This document shows positions 61,001 through 64,000 of a stretch of DNA of 64,000 nucleotides, piece by piece; position 1 is the stretch's first letter; the number at the start of each line of letters is the position of its first letter. The DNA is from Phallusia mammillata (lineage: Eukaryota), in assembly GCA_965637545.1 (NCBI GenBank), contig OZ281497.1, forward strand, positions 22,568,001 through 22,632,000, given 5' to 3'. Under the pieces are notes generated by a model that saw only the letters and a list, made by a program, of their open reading frames with translations, did not search any database and was not told where the DNA came from. Both the position numbers and the translations under genes were made by a program.

Positions 61001-63960
61001 TTACAAGTATTTAGCAATAAAACGCCTGAATTAGTTTATCATTCCCGGGATACATGGGCAAAATGTTTCGGAGCATTTGTCCTGAACAAGTACACGGCCA
61101 GGTAACGAACTCCTCGCGAACCGGCACTGGGCCGCGGACCGACGGTTGCCCACCACTGATGCTGTAGAGTTTAGATATAACGGTGTCATACAGGCCCTAT
61201 AACCCCAGAAGTCAAGAATACATACATATATCACACTATGTCATGCACACGAACCTTCTTTCTCGGTTTTAGCTGTTCCTTCCAAACCCGGTGTTCTTCA
61301 TTGTAATCATCATCAAGGGTTTTCAGTTTCTCAGATTCTCGTTCAACCAGAAGTCGTCTCTTCTCGTTCTGAAGCTGAGTGAGTTCTTTCAAGTTGGCGT
61401 CACATCTTGCTTCCAATTCCTTCTGCTGACCCTCGTGCTTGAATTGGAGTTTCAGTTTTTCCTGCTTTTGCCGTTTGGTTTCGGTGACAGTAAACTGTAT
61501 TGAAAAATCACACAAGATTTTGGTTTTTGGTTGGTTTGCAAATTGTTTCAAGATTTTTTGTAACGTCTCTTTTGGAATTTTCTCGAACGCCCGCGGCCCA
61601 AATTAAAAATATATTTCAGCAAAAGACTGTAGTTACGTAAGTAAATAATGTTTAATGACAAAAATAAAGGCCCAGATAGACCTAAAAAGCGACGTGACTG
61701 ATGTGGCCCCTCATATTGCCTAACATGGCATGAGCACCTGCCGAAACGTTTGAAAAATAAAGCATGTTGCTTTTTAAGTTTATTTGGCCCGTTATATTCG
61801 TCATTAAACTTATGAACAGATCCGTGTATAGTATTCTAAATGAAAATATTTTGTGTATTGCAAGTATGTCGGTTTCATCAACGTTTCAACGTCCTCCCCA
61901 GGTCGCCTTCATCAGGGTAATAACACTTCGACCGTCAATTAAAACCCGAAAGAAACAAAATGAAAAAGGGTAAAATATCACAAACAACGACATGATAAAA
62001 GAGTTAACAACTCAATGGTAATTTATTCCCCACATTACCAAGCAAGATTAAAGCATATTAGAAAATGTAAAACTAATTGTTATGTAGTTCACCTTACTTT
62101 AGAACTTGTACTTCAAAAACCATAGTATGAACAACATACTTCTATAGTCGCTAAGAAACACGAATACATAGGGTGTATTTGTCTGTCAGTGCAAAATCAA
62201 TCGATGTGTTTTACAAATGCCGCAGACAGCATCAAAAGGTCTGCGGTTACTTGTGGACACGGAATTCGAGAGGTTACTTGGGGTCACGAAGGTACAAGAG
62301 GTCATTGAGGTTTTAGCCGGATTAATGAATGAAAGCGGTTTACGTGAAATTGCACTTATGACAACACGTTTGTCCAATGTGCATTTGTTATTGATTATTT
62401 AAAACTTCGATATGAGTGCTTTACTATGCGCAAAATCTTTTTGAATAGGTGTGTTTAGCTTTCAAATACTGTTCAAAAATACAATTTATTTCAATAAATT
62501 GGGGGTTGAACACAAAAAGGGGTGGTGATTTGGTACAGTATGTCCGAAAAACCTATGTCACAATATTTAGTTTATGCAGCACAGATAGTGGGTTACTGGG
62601 TTTGCAACATGTTGTTACACGAACGTTTATGTATGACATATGTGCGTGCCCTTCCACGAATCACAAGCAATACCTGGCACGAACATACATTTATACCAGG
62701 AACGTGTAGGACAAGTAAGGTATGCTATCTGAAAGCGTTCGTTTTATATCTGAATTCTTTAGCACACGGAATTAACAACGAAGAGATTTTGGGTTACATT
62801 TCTAGGCCGTCTATTTATAAGTTTGGCAGTTGTGGCACTTTAAAGCCTGAAAAGAAAGTGTTTAAAAACAATGTTACATGGTACAGGAGAATAAGAAAAT
62901 CCTCTTGTTTTTCACTGGGTCACAAATTTGGTATCTTCCGATGGCCAACTCTGTATATCAAATACTTATGTAGAAACCAATGTTTCCTAAACCTAAACTG
63001 TTCGAAATGTCATAAATAGTTTTTGCAGATGAAATCGTTTACCAAAACTGCGGGTTTCGTGTTAAAAGTAGTCAGAAATACTAAAACACATGTCCCACAT
63101 GCCTGTATTAATGGTTTACACAAAAGATTTTGCCTTGTTGTTGTATTTGCTTCAACTAACCAATTTTTTCCCCCACAACTAAGTGCACATCCCCGTGAGA
63201 GAGCGCTGACACCCACTTTGAAAACCAGGTGAACGTAACAACTTTTCCACACACAAAAAAAACAAGTCAGGTTTTTCACCTGTTTAATTTTGTCGCGTTC
63301 ACTGAGCTGTTCTCCCTGATGAACTTGAATTCTCAGACTTTTCTTGAACATCGACATGCGAGCTTTACCCTCTGTACGTTGGATCTTAGGAAGCCTCAGT
63401 TTCTCCTGACGTTGGCGATCAAGAAGTTCTTCTTCAATCCTTTTGTTGTGACGCAACATCTGTTCTTGCTCCTGAATCGAATAAAGGGCACTGGTTCAAT
63501 ACAACTCAAATGAACAGGTTTTAGCATCAATTTTGCTCCATTTGGGACAAAAAAATGACATTTAGGGTCAGGGAAATGATTTATTTTTTCTGTGTATATT
63601 TAGTAAAAAAAAACACTTACGGGTTCAATTAGCTATGTTAGCAATCATTGACAATGCCAATTATATTTAAATTCAGAAGAAGGGATTAAAATGCACCAAC
63701 AGGTCATCAGTAAACAACTAATTCAGTATCTAAATGGTATAAATTGTTAAATTAACAATGTTAATGTTGCATTTTTTATTTAGGCTGTTATAAAAAGGTA
63801 AAAACAAATTGAACGAAGCTCTCATTCACAACTACCTTGTCATGACGTAACACGAGTTGATGACGTTGCAAGTGGTATTGATCCTTCACTTGTTGTTTGC
63901 AGGTCTGGTATCTCTCTTGTAAGTGACGTTCCTCCAATGTCCAAATCTCACATTCTCGAG
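58033..63960 (-). CDS. SLK: STE20-like kinase SLK/STK10, 3' exons (C-terminal coiled-coil region; gene continues beyond window)
   Basis: Exons 63960-63836 ([41 protein letters not shown]), 63471-63280 ([23 protein letters not shown]...DKIKQ), 61494-61255 (ETKRQKQE...[19 protein letters not shown]...KPRKK), 59605-59312 (probable cassette) and terminal 58224-58033 ([17 protein letters not shown]...*). These match SLK/STK10 C-terminal sequence as I recall it. Confidence 0.9.
60568..60776. mobile_element. Possible hAT-type MITE
   Basis: Short TIRs cagtgtttc / gaaaacactg. TSD ambiguous. Confidence 0.35.
60818..60915. mobile_element. Small Tc1/pogo-type MITE
   Basis: TA-caagtaaacctcgcttaacc ... 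ggtttaaccgatgtttcctg-TA: imperfect TIRs with TA flanks. Confidence 0.55.
60921..61158. mobile_element. hAT (Buster-type) MITE in SLK intron
   Basis: TIRs cagtggtcggcaacc / ggttgcccaccactg. ctgtagag on both flanks, offset by 3 nt on the right. Confidence 0.75.
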
Positions 63961-64000
63961 CTAAACAAAATTTTGATTTGAATATAAACCAAGGGTGTGC

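Noticed and set aside
62522-63459. Long ORFs 62522..63019 (+) and the unspliced tail of 63010..63459 (-)
   Set aside because: They lie in an SLK intron; only 63471-63280 is SLK-like and it ends at a GT donor.

Overview
AT-rich eukaryotic (animal) genomic DNA with short GT-AG introns; the compact style suggests an invertebrate chordate such as a tunicate (inference). The left ~42 kb is a tandem array of an unannotated, intronless, all-plus-strand family of ~210-220 aa proteins ('family X'): 6 intact ORFs, 2 copies with one in-frame stop, 2 insertion-disrupted copies and at least 5 fragments. Family X looks like two copies of one domain. By eye, the second half follows the spacing of circovirus/CRESS Rep HUH-endonuclease motifs I-III, but the metal-binding residues are replaced, so a domesticated, probably inactive viral Rep origin is a hypothesis that still needs testing. 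Between the X genes on the minus strand are two intact 3-exon genes for a secreted Cys-rich 137-aa protein (missed by the ORF track) and remnants of a third gene family. At 4.38-4.84 kb there are three minimal type I hammerhead ribozyme motifs (two direct, 274 nt apart, and one inverted), typical of retrozymes or Penelope-like elements. Many hAT-type MITEs are present, several with 8-bp TSDs and empty paralogous sites. The right part holds a 5-exon zf-3CxxC (RTP-like) gene (44.5-51.6 kb, minus) and the 3' exons of the STE20 kinase SLK/STK10 (58.0-64.0 kb, minus), which includes a probable extra cassette exon.
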